Shown here piece by piece: positions 37,904 through 47,514 of a stretch of DNA of 64,000 bases; position 1 is the first letter of the stretch, and each line of letters starts with the position of its first letter. This stretch comes from Verrucomicrobiia bacterium (GTDB taxonomy: Bacteria > Desulfobacterota > Binatia > UBA9968): positions 64,122-128,121 of the forward strand of contig DATJFG010000033.1 of assembly GCA_035495775.1 (NCBI GenBank), written 5' to 3'. The notes beneath the pieces were generated by a model. The model saw only the letters and a list, made by a program, of their open reading frames with translations, was not told where the DNA came from and did no database searches. The position numbers and the translations under genes are program-made.

Positions 37904-38619
37904 ACTACCGGTTCGATTGGTCGGTTCTCTGGACCGGGCAGTCGGGAGCGTGGCTGCTCCAAGGCCTTCTCACCACGCTCGCGATCTCCGCCATCGCGTG
38001 GATTGTCGCCCTCGTGCTGGGGATCCTCGCCGGCGCGCTCCGCACAACGCGATTCGCACCGCTGCGCGCGCTCGCCGCCTTTTACGTCGAGTTCTTCCGC
38101 AATGTGCCGCTGCTCGTCTGGATGTTCTTTTTCTATTTCGCCGTCCCGTCGCTGCTGCCGCAACCGCTGCAGGAGTGGCTCTTCAATCATGGCGCGGAGT
38201 TCTCCGCCGGCACGGCTGCGCTCGGCGTGTATCACGGCGCCCGCTTTTCCGAGATGATCCGCGCCGGCATCCAGTCGATTCCAAAGACTCAGCTCGAGGC
38301 CTCGCTCTCCACGGGCCTCAGCGTCGCGCAGGCCTATCGGCTGGTGATTTTGCCGATCGCGCTCCGGCTCATCATCCCGCCGCTCACCAACGAGACGCTG
38401 AACCTGTTCAAGAACTCCTCGGTCGCGCTCACGATCGGGGTCGCGGAGCTGACCTTTCAGACGCGCCAGATCGAAACCTATACGGCGAAGGCGATCGAGG
38501 CATTGACGGCGGGAACACTGATCTATCTGATAATCTGCCTCGCGATCGCGCGGACGATGGCGCGCGTCGAGCGCCGCTTCGCGATTCCCGGAATGGTCGG
38601 ATCGCCGACGGAAAGCTAG
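37900..38619 (+). CDS. amino-acid ABC transporter permease
   Basis: HisM/GlnP-type permease with an EAA-loop region. Confidence 0.8.
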   Translation: MNYRFDWSVLWTGQSGAWLLQGLLTTLAISAIAWIVALVLGILAGALRTTRFAPLRALAAFYVEFFRNVPLLVWMFFFYFAVPSLLPQPLQEWLFNHGAEFSAGTAALGVYHGARFSEMIRAGIQSIPKTQLEASLSTGLSVAQAYRLVILPIALRLIIPPLTNETLNLFKNSSVALTIGVAELTFQTRQIETYTAKAIEALTAGTLIYLIICLAIARTMARVERRFAIPGMVGSPTES

Positions 38620-38621
38620 CG

Positions 38622-39296
38622 ATGGACTTCGGCGTCATCGAGCGCAATTGGAGCTTTCTGCTTAGCCAAGGCCTCGTCGGCATCGGCGGCTTTGCCGGCG
38701 GGACGCTGCGGCTCGCGATTCCCGCGCTGCTGCTGGGATTCGCCCTGGGACTTTTGATCGGCTTGGCACGCCTCGCGCGGTCGCGCTGGGTGCGCGTGCC
38801 CGCGACGATTTACGTGGAGTTTTTCCGCGGCGTGCCGCTCGTGATGGTAATCTTCTGGTTCTGGTTCATTCTGCCCGTCGCGCTCGGCATCGCGCTGCCC
38901 GAATACGGCATCGCGCTCGCGGCGTTCGTGTTCTTCGAAGCGGCCTACCTGGCCGAGATCGTGCGCGCCGGCATTCAATCGGTGCCGCGCGGACAGGTCG
39001 AAGCGGCGGTCTCGACAGGACTAGACCGTGCGCAGACGACGCGCCATGTCGTTCTGCCGCAGGCGCTGCGCAATATGATTCCGGCGCTTGTCACGCAGTT
39101 CATCGTTCTCTTTAAGGATACTTCTCTCGCCTCGATCATCGGCTACGTCGACCTCACCAAGGCGGCGCAGATCGTCAACAACCGCGAAATCCGACCCTTC
39201 GAGCTTTATCTCTTTATCGCCGTGATCTATTGGCTCTGCGCGTACGGCATGTCGCGCTACGCCGGATATCTCGAGCGGCGGCTCGCGACGGCGTAA
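38622..39296 (+). CDS. amino-acid ABC transporter permease (second subunit)
   Basis: Starts MDFGVIERNW. EAA loop EAAYLAEIVRAGIQSV. The track merged it into a longer out-of-frame ORF. Confidence 0.75.
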   Translation: MDFGVIERNWSFLLSQGLVGIGGFAGGTLRLAIPALLLGFALGLLIGLARLARSRWVRVPATIYVEFFRGVPLVMVIFWFWFILPVALGIALPEYGIALAAFVFFEAAYLAEIVRAGIQSVPRGQVEAAVSTGLDRAQTTRHVVLPQALRNMIPALVTQFIVLFKDTSLASIIGYVDLTKAAQIVNNREIRPFELYLFIAVIYWLCAYGMSRYAGYLERRLATA

Positions 39297-39311
39297 ATAT
39301 TCGCCGGCGTC

Positions 39312-39890
39312 TCACTGTTGGGGCGGTTGAGCGCTCGCCGGAATTGGTGTCGGCACCTGATTTTTGACGGCGGGAATGCTTCTGAGATACGCCCACACCG
39401 CCTTCAAGTCCTCATCGGTCGCGTCCTTGTAATCCTGCAGGGGCATCGGCGGCAAAATGTCGCGGCCGTTCGGCTGCCCTTGGTGCTTGCCGGTGCGGAT
39501 CGCGCTGATAAAGGTCTCTTCGCTCCACTCACCGAGCCCCGTCTCTTTGTCGGGCGTCAGATTGGCGGCAAAGCTGACGCCCCACGGCCCCGCCCAGGCG
39601 GTCAGCATCGGCGTCGTGAAAACCGGCGCGTTCACCTCTTTAGGGTCCTGGGACATGAAAGTCGGATAACCGAGGTTTTCCGGATGACCCGAGAGCAGGC
39701 GCGCGGTGTCGAGCGCGGGCGGAGCGCCGGGCTTGAGGATCTTAGGCGTGTGGCAATCGTTGCAGCCGCCGAATCGGACGAGATATTCACCGCGCTTGAC
39801 TGCGTCGACCTTTTTCTCGCAGGCGCCGAGCGCGCCAACAATCGCGACGAGAAATGAAACGACGGCGAGAGCGCGCAGATGGTGCGCCAT
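39312..39890 (-). CDS. c-type cytochrome (mono-haem, CXXCH)
   Basis: N-terminal TM/signal and a single haem-binding motif CNDCH. Confidence 0.7.
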   Translation of the reverse strand: MAHHLRALAVVSFLVAIVGALGACEKKVDAVKRGEYLVRFGGCNDCHTPKILKPGAPPALDTARLLSGHPENLGYPTFMSQDPKEVNAPVFTTPMLTAWAGPWGVSFAANLTPDKETGLGEWSEETFISAIRTGKHQGQPNGRDILPPMPLQDYKDATDEDLKAVWAYLRSIPAVKNQVPTPIPASAQPPQQ

Positions 39891-40288
39891 CAGCCGTTCG
39901 CGGCGACTTTTTCGGGGCGGATCTTGTAGATCACGCGCACCTCGCCGGGCTGGCGGAACGGGTATTTGTCCTTGCCGAGATATTTCTTCGCCAGCGAATC
40001 GATGTGCGCGTCGGCGCCCTGCTCCGTCACTTCCTCCACGTGGCCGCGGACGGCGAGATGACGATAGGGGTTTTCGGGATCGATGATCGAGAGCGCGACT
40101 TTCTTGTTCTGCCGCATGTTCTTATCCTTGACGCGCCCCTTCGCGGTGTTCACGCGGATGAAGCCGTCGTCGTAATCGACCCACACGGGCGTGACCTGCG
40201 GGCTTCCGTCGGGCATGAGCGTGCCGAGGTGCGCGAACGCCTGCTTGGTGAAGAGATCGCGATACTTGTCGGGAATTTGCACCGCCAT
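39890..40288 (-). CDS. pyridoxamine 5'-phosphate oxidase-family (FMN-binding split-barrel) protein
   Basis: 132-aa PNPOx-like split-barrel signature (AHLGTLMPDGSPQVTPVW). Confidence 0.6.
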   Translation of the reverse strand: MAVQIPDKYRDLFTKQAFAHLGTLMPDGSPQVTPVWVDYDDGFIRVNTAKGRVKDKNMRQNKKVALSIIDPENPYRHLAVRGHVEEVTEQGADAHIDSLAKKYLGKDKYPFRQPGEVRVIYKIRPEKVAANG

Positions 40289-40308
40289 AGTTTATTCCTC
40301 CTTTTTTA

Positions 40309-40956
40309 TCAGTCGATGTAATCCGCCAGCTCGCTCAAGTCGCCAAGCGCGAAATCCGGCCGCGCGGCCAATAATTCCTCCGCGTTGCATAAGCCGTAAG
40401 TGACCGCGCAGGTATGAACCCCGGCGGCCTTGCCCGCCTGGATATCGGGCGCGCCGTCGCCGATCATCAACGCTCGCGCCGCAGCGATTTTGAGCTTATC
40501 GAGCACATGGCGGAGACAGCTCGGATCGGGCTTTTTCTCAAGCCCGCAGTCGCCGCCGATGATCGCGTTGAAGCAGTCCTCGATGCCGAGGCCGCGCAAG
40601 ATCGCGACGGAGAGGTTGAGGCGCTTGTTCGTAACCACGGCTTTTTTCTTGGCGCGGAAGCGATCGAGAGCATCCTTCACGTGCGGATACAGCACGGTGG
40701 TGTCGAGTAGATGCTCTTCATAGTGCTTTAGAAAGCGCGCCAGCACCTCATCGAAGCGATTTTCGTAGCCTTCGGGCAGCGACTTTCTGATGAGATGTTC
40801 GGTGCCGTAGCCGACGCGGCTGTAGACGTAGGCCTCCTCCAACGGTTCGAGACCCAGGGTCGAGCGCACGTAGTTGACCGAGTTCGCCAGGTCGCGTCCC
40901 GTAGCCGCCAGCGTGCCGTCGAGATCGAACATCAGCAAATCTATTTGTTTCTTCAT
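40309..40956 (-). CDS. HAD-superfamily hydrolase (phosphoglycolate phosphatase-like)
   Basis: Motif I DLDGTL, motif III K, motif IV GDGAPD. Confidence 0.8.
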   Translation of the reverse strand: MKKQIDLLMFDLDGTLAATGRDLANSVNYVRSTLGLEPLEEAYVYSRVGYGTEHLIRKSLPEGYENRFDEVLARFLKHYEEHLLDTTVLYPHVKDALDRFRAKKKAVVTNKRLNLSVAILRGLGIEDCFNAIIGGDCGLEKKPDPSCLRHVLDKLKIAAARALMIGDGAPDIQAGKAAGVHTCAVTYGLCNAEELLAARPDFALGDLSELADYID

Positions 40957-41066
40957 GCGCACAAGACTGGAAGTCAAGATAGAGGCCGGGTGGAGGCCTG
41001 TCAATGCAAATTGGCCGTTTGCGCGCGCGCCGGGAAGTGCTAGCATCGGGCCGAACAGGAGGACCT

Positions 41067-42071
41067 ATGCGTCCATCGCGTGTTCGAGCCGTCGGTGCTG
41101 TCGCTGTCGCTCTCGCCGTCCTGCTGACCTATCTCCACCCGGGCTTGGCGGCGGACAAAATCAACACGTCATACATCTCGGTCTCGCCGGGCTCGTCGTC
41201 GATCATCTGGGTCGCCAAGGATGCGCGGATCTTCGAAAAATACGGCCTCGACGCCACGATCATTTTTATCTCGGGGAGCGTGCGCGGCATCCAGGCGATC
41301 CTCGCGGGCGAAATCCCGATCGGGGAAGGGGGCGGGCCGGGATTGGCGAGCGCCAAGCTCGCCGGCGGCGACGTCGTCGCGATCGCCGGCAACGTGAACG
41401 TCCTGCCCTACTATCTGGTGTCGCAGCCGAGCATCAAGCGGCCGGAGGATCTCCGCGGCAAGATCGGCGGCAATCACATCGCGGGCACGACCGCGGAGTT
41501 CGCGCTCCGCATGGGGCTGAAGAAGCTCGGCATCGATCCACTGAAGGACGTCAATCTGCGCGTGATCGGCGGCACGATGGACCGCATGATCGCGCTCCAG
41601 AAAGGCATCGTCAATTTCACCGTCGCCACCGAGCCGGGAAAAGCGATTGCGGAAAAGCTCGGCTTCCCGACGCTCGTCGATATGGCCGCGCTGCAAATCC
41701 CCTTTCCGCAGAACGGCGTCTATACGTCCACGCGATTCATCCGCGAGCATGGAGACATCGTCCGCCGGTATATGCGCGCGTACGTCGAGGCGATCCATTT
41801 TTACAAGACGCGCAAGGAAGAGGCGATCAAGATCTCGCAGAAATATTCGCGCCTCGACGACCGCAAGGCGCAGGAAGAAACCTGGGAATGGCACACCCGC
41901 TATATTCCCAACGCTCCGTACCCGCCGATCGAAGGCTACCAGCTGATTCTCCAGGACATGGCGGAGAAAAATCCTAAAGCAGCGCAGGCGAACGCCAAAG
42001 ACTACGTCGATCTCCGCTTCGTGAAGGAATTGGAAGACTCGGGCTTCATTAAGAGCTTGTACGGAAAATGA
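41067..42071 (+). CDS. periplasmic substrate-binding protein, NMT1/SsuA/TauA family
   Basis: Signal peptide and NMT1-like fold. Third orphan SBP of this type in the window. Confidence 0.7.
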   Translation: MRPSRVRAVGAVAVALAVLLTYLHPGLAADKINTSYISVSPGSSSIIWVAKDARIFEKYGLDATIIFISGSVRGIQAILAGEIPIGEGGGPGLASAKLAGGDVVAIAGNVNVLPYYLVSQPSIKRPEDLRGKIGGNHIAGTTAEFALRMGLKKLGIDPLKDVNLRVIGGTMDRMIALQKGIVNFTVATEPGKAIAEKLGFPTLVDMAALQIPFPQNGVYTSTRFIREHGDIVRRYMRAYVEAIHFYKTRKEEAIKISQKYSRLDDRKAQEETWEWHTRYIPNAPYPPIEGYQLILQDMAEKNPKAAQANAKDYVDLRFVKELEDSGFIKSLYGK

Positions 42072-42077
42072 GCCGGA

Positions 42078-42635
42078 TCAAGACGAGAATTTATGGTGGG
42101 CGAGAAAGCTCTCGGCGTCCAAAGATTGAAAAAAGACCAGCCGCACTTCACGAATCGTCGAATCGTTTTGCAAAAAGTTTTCGATCGCGGTCGATGCGAC
42201 CGCGGCGGCGCCCTCGCGCGGATAGCCGTAGATGCCGGTCGAGATCGCGGGAAAGGCGATCGTCCTGACCCTATTTTCCACGGCAACGGCGAGTGAATTT
42301 TTGTAGCACGCTGCGAGGAGCGCGGATTTGTCTTTACCCTGGCTGTAAACCGGGCCGACGGTGTGGATGACGTATCGCGCGGTCATCTTTCCCGCCGTCG
42401 TCAGCACCGCGTGGCCGGTCGGCAGCCCCTCGGGATAGCGCGCGCGGCGGATCTCCTCGCAGGCCGCGACAATCTCCCGGCCGCCGGCGCGATGGATGGC
42501 GCCGTCGACCCCGCCGCCACCCATGAGCGTGCTGTTCGCTGCATTGACGACCGCATCGACGTCCTCGCGGGTGATGTCGCCGACCTTCACGATCGCGCGG
42601 CCGCCTAAAAGCTGGACGACGTCCGCGTTCGTCAT
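42078..42635 (-). CDS. macro-domain protein (O-acetyl-ADP-ribose deacetylase, YmdB-like)
   Basis: Macro motifs VVNAANSTLMGGGGVDGAIHRAGG and ISTGIYGYP. Confidence 0.85.
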   Translation of the reverse strand: MTNADVVQLLGGRAIVKVGDITREDVDAVVNAANSTLMGGGGVDGAIHRAGGREIVAACEEIRRARYPEGLPTGHAVLTTAGKMTARYVIHTVGPVYSQGKDKSALLAACYKNSLAVAVENRVRTIAFPAISTGIYGYPREGAAAVASTAIENFLQNDSTIREVRLVFFQSLDAESFLAHHKFSS

Positions 42636-42922
42636 TCGTGATTCCTCATCTCCCAGGCGAATCCGTGTTTCTTTTTATTGTTGCATTCCTTGCACGCGGC
42701 GACGATGTTGCCCTTGGTGCTCCTGCCGCCGCGAGCGATGGGCACAATATGGTCCATCGTCAGCGCGGCGGGCGGAAACTTCTTGCCACAATAATGGCAG
42801 ATGCCGGAGCCGCGCCGGCGCTTCCACCACTGGCTGGCGCGCAGCTCGCGCGCCTTTTCGCGCTCGCGCCGGATCTCCTCACCGCTGACAACGATTAGAA
42901 AATCGGATTGTTTTTCGATCAT
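42632..42922 (-). CDS. HNH endonuclease (His-Me finger)
   Basis: CHYCG...DHIVP...CKECNNKK motif. 4-bp overlaps with both neighbouring genes. Confidence 0.75.
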   Translation of the reverse strand: MIEKQSDFLIVVSGEEIRREREKARELRASQWWKRRRGSGICHYCGKKFPPAALTMDHIVPIARGGRSTKGNIVAACKECNNKKKHGFAWEMRNHE

Positions 42923-43113
42923 AATCGGACCCACTTCGTCAGCGATCTCAAGTAAACGCCGAAGCCGCAGGCGATGACGAGGTAAAAGATCGCGCCCGCC
43001 ATCGACCATCCGTTCGCCGTCTCGAGATAATCCCTGAATTCCCACGCGGCAAAGCCGAAGAAAAACACCACGGCGGCCGAAATCAGGATTTTATGCGCCG
43101 TCAGCAGCCTCAT
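42919..43113 (-). CDS. small two-TM membrane protein
   Basis: 64 aa, two hydrophobic helices. Its stop overlaps the HNH start. Confidence 0.4.
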   Translation of the reverse strand: MRLLTAHKILISAAVVFFFGFAAWEFRDYLETANGWSMAGAIFYLVIACGFGVYLRSLTKWVRL

Positions 43114-43211
43114 AAGTGGATTTTAGCACAGCGCTCGTCAAGACCGGAATGGGCAATTGCCGCCGCGAGCGCTCTCATGTAGGTTGGTTTCGCTACCCGA
43201 AGGAGGAAGAG

Positions 43212-43592
43212 ATGCAGAAAGAAGCGATTCGCACCGATGCGGCGCCCAAGGCGATCGGTCCTTACGAGCAGGCGATCCGCGTCAATGGCTTTGTCTTCAC
43301 CGCCGGCCAGATTCCGCTTGACCCGAAGACGGGCAACATCGTCGAGGGCGGCATCGCCGCGCAGACGCGCCAAGTGCTGGAGAACCTACGCGCGGTGCTC
43401 GAAGCCGCCGGCGCCTCCATGCAATCGGTCGTCAAGGCCACGGTGTTTTTAAAAAACATGGCGGATTTCACGGCGATGAACGAAGTTTATTCGGAGTATT
43501 TCGCCGCCTCGAAGCCCGCGCGCTCGACGGTCGCGGTGGCGGAATTGCCGCGCGGCGCGCTGGTGGAGATCGATCTCTGCGCGGCTCTTTGA
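43212..43592 (+). CDS. ridA: RidA/YjgF family reactive-intermediate deaminase
   Basis: 126 aa with the YjgF signature and the conserved R near the C-terminus. AGGAGG SD upstream. Confidence 0.85.
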   Translation: MQKEAIRTDAAPKAIGPYEQAIRVNGFVFTAGQIPLDPKTGNIVEGGIAAQTRQVLENLRAVLEAAGASMQSVVKATVFLKNMADFTAMNEVYSEYFAASKPARSTVAVAELPRGALVEIDLCAAL

Positions 43593-43598
43593 GGCGAT

Positions 43599-44036
43599 TT
43601 ATTTCCGCGCTGCGGGCTTACCCGGCGCCTCGGCCTGCGCGGCGATGGCGATCTCCGATGCGCCGGCCTTCTTGATCACCGACATCACCCAGACCGCCTC
43701 GCCCAGAGGCACGTTGCGGTCGCCGCGGAGGATCACGACTTTGTCGGCGCCGGCGCTTAAAATATCGCGCAGCGCCGCTTCGAGATCATCCTGACCGACT
43801 TTCTTCTGATTCACAAAGATGTCGCGCTCCGGCGTGATCGTGACGGCAATGCCGCGCGGCGCCGTCTCGGTGCGCGCCGCCGCCGGCAGATTCACCTTGC
43901 CGCCGGACTCGATGATCGCGGAGCTCGTGATCATGAAAATGATCAGCAGGACGAGAAAGATATCCGTCAGCGGCGTGATATTGATCTCCGCGACGATGTT
44001 GTCGGGCTGATTCGGATCTACGGGGCTGAAGGCCAT
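43599..44036 (-). CDS. biopolymer transport protein ExbD/TolR
   Basis: Single N-terminal TM and the ExbD fold. Confidence 0.8.
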   Translation of the reverse strand: MAFSPVDPNQPDNIVAEINITPLTDIFLVLLIIFMITSSAIIESGGKVNLPAAARTETAPRGIAVTITPERDIFVNQKKVGQDDLEAALRDILSAGADKVVILRGDRNVPLGEAVWVMSVIKKAGASEIAIAAQAEAPGKPAARK

Positions 44037-44038
44037 GC

Positions 44039-44662
44039 TTACGCCATCACGCTGTAGAGGAGCTTCATCGCCTGGATGCGGCAGAGATTGCTCAAATTCG
44101 AGACCCGGACTTGAAAGTAATTGTAGAAGACAAGCGCGATGATGGCAACGCCAAGGCCGAGAGCGGTGGCGACGAGCGCCTCGGAGATTCCCGCCGCCAC
44201 GACGGAAAAGCCGCCGGTGCCGACAACCGCCATATTCTCGAACGATTTGATGATGCCGACGACGGTCCCAAGCAGGCCGATGAATGGGGCGCTGCTCGCG
44301 ACGGTGCCGAGAATCCAGAGATTCTTTTTGAGCTTCAGCCCCTCCTCGTAAATCGCCTCGTTCATGAAAGCGGTCGAGCGCTCGAGGCTGTCGGAGCCGC
44401 TTTGCGTGAGCGCAGCGAGAAAGAGCCGCGCTGCGGGCATCTCCTGGTTCTGCCGGCAGAGCGCCATCGCGAGATCGTTCCGCCCTTGGCGGATGGAATC
44501 GAGGATCGACGCAGCGAGTCTTTCGGTTAAGCCGCCCGCATTGCGCAGCGACCAGAGCCGCTCGAGAATCACCGCCAGGCTCAGGATCGAAAGAACGATC
44601 AGCGGATAGGTGGCGATCGCGCCGCGCTGAATAATCTGGAAAAAATTAAGCCCCGACTCCAT
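44039..44662 (-). CDS. MotA/TolQ/ExbB proton-channel protein
   Basis: Three-TM MotA/TolQ/ExbB signature. 2-bp gap to exbD. Confidence 0.8.
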   Translation of the reverse strand: MESGLNFFQIIQRGAIATYPLIVLSILSLAVILERLWSLRNAGGLTERLAASILDSIRQGRNDLAMALCRQNQEMPAARLFLAALTQSGSDSLERSTAFMNEAIYEEGLKLKKNLWILGTVASSAPFIGLLGTVVGIIKSFENMAVVGTGGFSVVAAGISEALVATALGLGVAIIALVFYNYFQVRVSNLSNLCRIQAMKLLYSVMA

Positions 44663-44758
44663 CCATGCCCCCTTGAATTTAAGGACCCAGAGTACCGACG
44701 GTGTGGAAGATCGTCAAGCGCGCGCCGTCAAAGCGGTGGAAAAATGCTGCGGAGACAA

Positions 44759-45790
44759 CTATCGGTGACCGTTATTGGCGGATTCGGAAATCAGAATCGC
44801 CTCGGAGATGTCGGCGACCGAGGCCGTGCCGGTCATCATGAGCACGCGGCGCATCTCCTCGGTGAGGAGATCGATGACGCGCGCGACGCCGTCGGCGCCG
44901 GCCGCGCCGACGCCCCAGCCGATCGGCCGGCCGACCAAAACCGCGCTCGCGCCGAGCGCCCGCGCCTTGACGATGTCGCCGCCGCTGCGGATGCCGCTGT
45001 CGAGCAGGACCGTGGCCTTCTTTCCCACAGCGTCCACCACCTCGGGCAGCGCCTCGATCGCCGCGCGATTGGAATCGAGAATCCTGCCGCCGTGGTTCGA
45101 CACAATGAGCGCGTCGGCGCCCGATGCGACAGCGTCGCGCGCATCGGCGGCGCCCATGATGCCTTTGATCACGACCGGGAGCGACACGCGCTGTTTGAGC
45201 CATTCGATGTCTTTGAGCGACGCCCGCTGTCCCCTTCTCGGCTTTCCGTCCTTGGTCGAGAGCGGCACCTCATCGCCCAGCTTGACGGGCATCACGACGT
45301 CCATCGTGATGCCGACCGCGGCGAAGCCCAACTCCTCGGCGTATTTCGCCTGCTCCAGCACGGCGTCGCGCCCGCGGCTCAAATAACCCATGAAAACGAG
45401 CGGAGTCTGCGTCGCTCTGGCCCAGTCGCGCACTTCGAATTTCGCCGCGTGGCTTACGAACATCATGACGCCGCGCCGGCCGGCGCCTTCGGCGACTTGC
45501 CGCTCGGCATCCTCGCCGATAAGGCTGAAGCTTCCGACCGGAGCGACGAGCGCCGGGAGCGGCAGCTTGCGGCCGAAAAGCTCGATCGATAGATCGGGAT
45601 CGGCGATGTCGTGGAAGATTCTTTGCCGGAAGACATAGCGGCTAAGAGCGCGCTGGTTTCGCCTCATGGTCCCGGCGCTCTCCGCCGCGCCCATGAAGTG
45701 ATGCCAGGCCTCGGCGGGCATTCTCCGGCGCGCGAGCTCGCGGAGATCGCGGAGCCCCATCGCCGAAAGCGGTTTTTCAACGATCGCCAT
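44759..45790 (-). CDS. FMN-dependent alpha-hydroxy-acid dehydrogenase (L-lactate dehydrogenase / glycolate oxidase family)
   Basis: FMN_dh barrel motifs (SNHGGR, catalytic region). Start set at the Met overlapping the upstream stop (TGATG). Confidence 0.7.
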   Translation of the reverse strand: MAIVEKPLSAMGLRDLRELARRRMPAEAWHHFMGAAESAGTMRRNQRALSRYVFRQRIFHDIADPDLSIELFGRKLPLPALVAPVGSFSLIGEDAERQVAEGAGRRGVMMFVSHAAKFEVRDWARATQTPLVFMGYLSRGRDAVLEQAKYAEELGFAAVGITMDVVMPVKLGDEVPLSTKDGKPRRGQRASLKDIEWLKQRVSLPVVIKGIMGAADARDAVASGADALIVSNHGGRILDSNRAAIEALPEVVDAVGKKATVLLDSGIRSGGDIVKARALGASAVLVGRPIGWGVGAAGADGVARVIDLLTEEMRRVLMMTGTASVADISEAILISESANNGHR

Positions 45791-46641
45791 CAATTGCGGG
45801 AGGCGATCTCCCACCAGTTGCGATCGGGATCGCTGAACAAAAACGCCGCGCGGCCGTTGTCGCGCGTGACGTCGCGAAGCTCGGTGACTCCGGCCTCTTT
45901 GCCCGACGAGGCGAAATCGCGGTGCGCCGCTTCGACCGCGCCGGCGGATTCCAAGGCGATGGTGAAGCGGAAATTCGGCGAGAAGTTCCGCCACTCCGGC
46001 CGCACGGCGCAGACGACGTAAGGCTTGGTGTTGGGATGCTTCACGTAGACGACATGCGGATTCGCCTGGTGGACTTCCAGACCGAGCACATCGCGATAAA
46101 AGTCCCAGGACTTTTTAAGATCCGAGCACGCGAGCGTGCCGTGGGTGAATCCCTGCGGCACGTAGCCGCGGCCCGGGAAGCGCTCGGCGGGAAAATCGTT
46201 TTGCCAATGCGGCGCGCGCACGCCGCCGATGCGCGTTTTCCACGCCTCGTTGCGCAGCGCCTCGGCGTAACATTCGATCTCCCAGCCGTTCGTGCCGGGC
46301 TCGATAAAATACACCGAATACGAGCCGTGATTGTACGTCGGCTTGCCGATCTGATCGATCTTGTATTTTTGCTTGTTCGCCGTGAGATACTCGTACGCCG
46401 CGTCCACCTCCGCCGGGCTCGCGACGCGAACGCCCCAGTGATTGTGCATCATCTTCGCCGGCGCGTCGGGGCCGGCGTCGTGCATGGTCAAAAGCCAGTC
46501 GGTGTTCGGATGCTTCAGCGTGACCTCGCCCGGCCGCTCGCCGATTTTTTCGAAGGCGAGCAAGTCGGTCGCCACCGGCACGCTGTCTTTCAAGGACCGG
46601 CACTCCATGTGAGTCTCGGTCAATCCGATCGAGCGCAGCAT
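45790..46641 (-). CDS. two-domain VOC (glyoxalase / bleomycin-resistance / extradiol dioxygenase) family protein
   Basis: Tandem VOC modules of about 130 aa each. Confidence 0.6.
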   Translation of the reverse strand: MLRSIGLTETHMECRSLKDSVPVATDLLAFEKIGERPGEVTLKHPNTDWLLTMHDAGPDAPAKMMHNHWGVRVASPAEVDAAYEYLTANKQKYKIDQIGKPTYNHGSYSVYFIEPGTNGWEIECYAEALRNEAWKTRIGGVRAPHWQNDFPAERFPGRGYVPQGFTHGTLACSDLKKSWDFYRDVLGLEVHQANPHVVYVKHPNTKPYVVCAVRPEWRNFSPNFRFTIALESAGAVEAAHRDFASSGKEAGVTELRDVTRDNGRAAFLFSDPDRNWWEIASRN

Positions 46642-46719
46642 CGCATTCCTCCGCGAATAATCTAATCGAATTTACTAGGCGGTCGGCGGGGTGTCAAATG
46701 GCGGCATGCAAAGCGCTCA

Positions 46720-47508
46720 CTAACGTGATTTTCGCGGCTTGTGCTCAACGCGCCCCATGGATGATTGATCGAGCAACCGGTCAAGCATCCGCTTGGGGTT
46801 TGCTAAAAAGTCATGCATCACCTGGTAATGCTCCGTTTGGTAGTAATCCATTCTCTCGATTCCTGTGGTGGAAAAACTGTAGATGGACGCGTCTGGATAC
46901 GCCATGAGAAGCGGTGAGTGTGTGGCGATGATAAATTGCGAATTGTCGTTCACGAGATCGTGGATTCGCGAAAGCACTGCAAGCTGCCTTTGCGGCGATA
47001 GAGCGGCTTCTGGTTCGTCCAGAAGATAAAATCCATCACCCCTAAAGCGATTCACCATGAGGGCGAGGAACGATTCTCCATGAGACTGTTCATGCAGAGA
47101 CTGACCGCCATAGGAATCGATGATCGGCGGCCCAAAAGATGGTTCGGAATCGAGCTTTTCTATTTCCGTCGCAACGTTAAAAAAGCTTTCGGCGCGAAAG
47201 AAAAAGCCGTCTCGTGGCCGGCGAACCGTTTTCTCGACGCGCATATATCGATGCAGCTCCGAATGTGAGGCACGGGTAGCAAAAGCGAAATTTTTGGTCC
47301 CGCCTTCCGGGTTGAACCCCCAGGAGACCGCGATCGCCTCAAGCAGCGTTGATTTGCCAGAGCCATTCTCACCTATCAGAAAAGTTATTTTGGGGTGGAG
47401 TTCCAGTACGTCGAGATGGCGCACTGCGGGAAGAGAAAACGGATATCGGTCAAAAGAAGAGACATCATCGCGCCTCAGTCGGACTCGTGACACGTAATGC
47501 ATCGGCAT
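46720..47508 (-). CDS. stand-alone ABC-fold ATPase (AAA_21/COG3910-like)
   Basis: Walker A GENGSGKST, Q-loop, signature-like SHGES, Walker B LLDEPEAALSP, H-loop ATHSP. Gene GC is clearly lower than the flanks (estimated by eye at ~50% against ~67%; not computed). Confidence 0.7.
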   Translation of the reverse strand: MPMHYVSRVRLRRDDVSSFDRYPFSLPAVRHLDVLELHPKITFLIGENGSGKSTLLEAIAVSWGFNPEGGTKNFAFATRASHSELHRYMRVEKTVRRPRDGFFFRAESFFNVATEIEKLDSEPSFGPPIIDSYGGQSLHEQSHGESFLALMVNRFRGDGFYLLDEPEAALSPQRQLAVLSRIHDLVNDNSQFIIATHSPLLMAYPDASIYSFSTTGIERMDYYQTEHYQVMHDFLANPKRMLDRLLDQSSMGRVEHKPRKSR

Positions 47509-47514
47509 CCTAAA

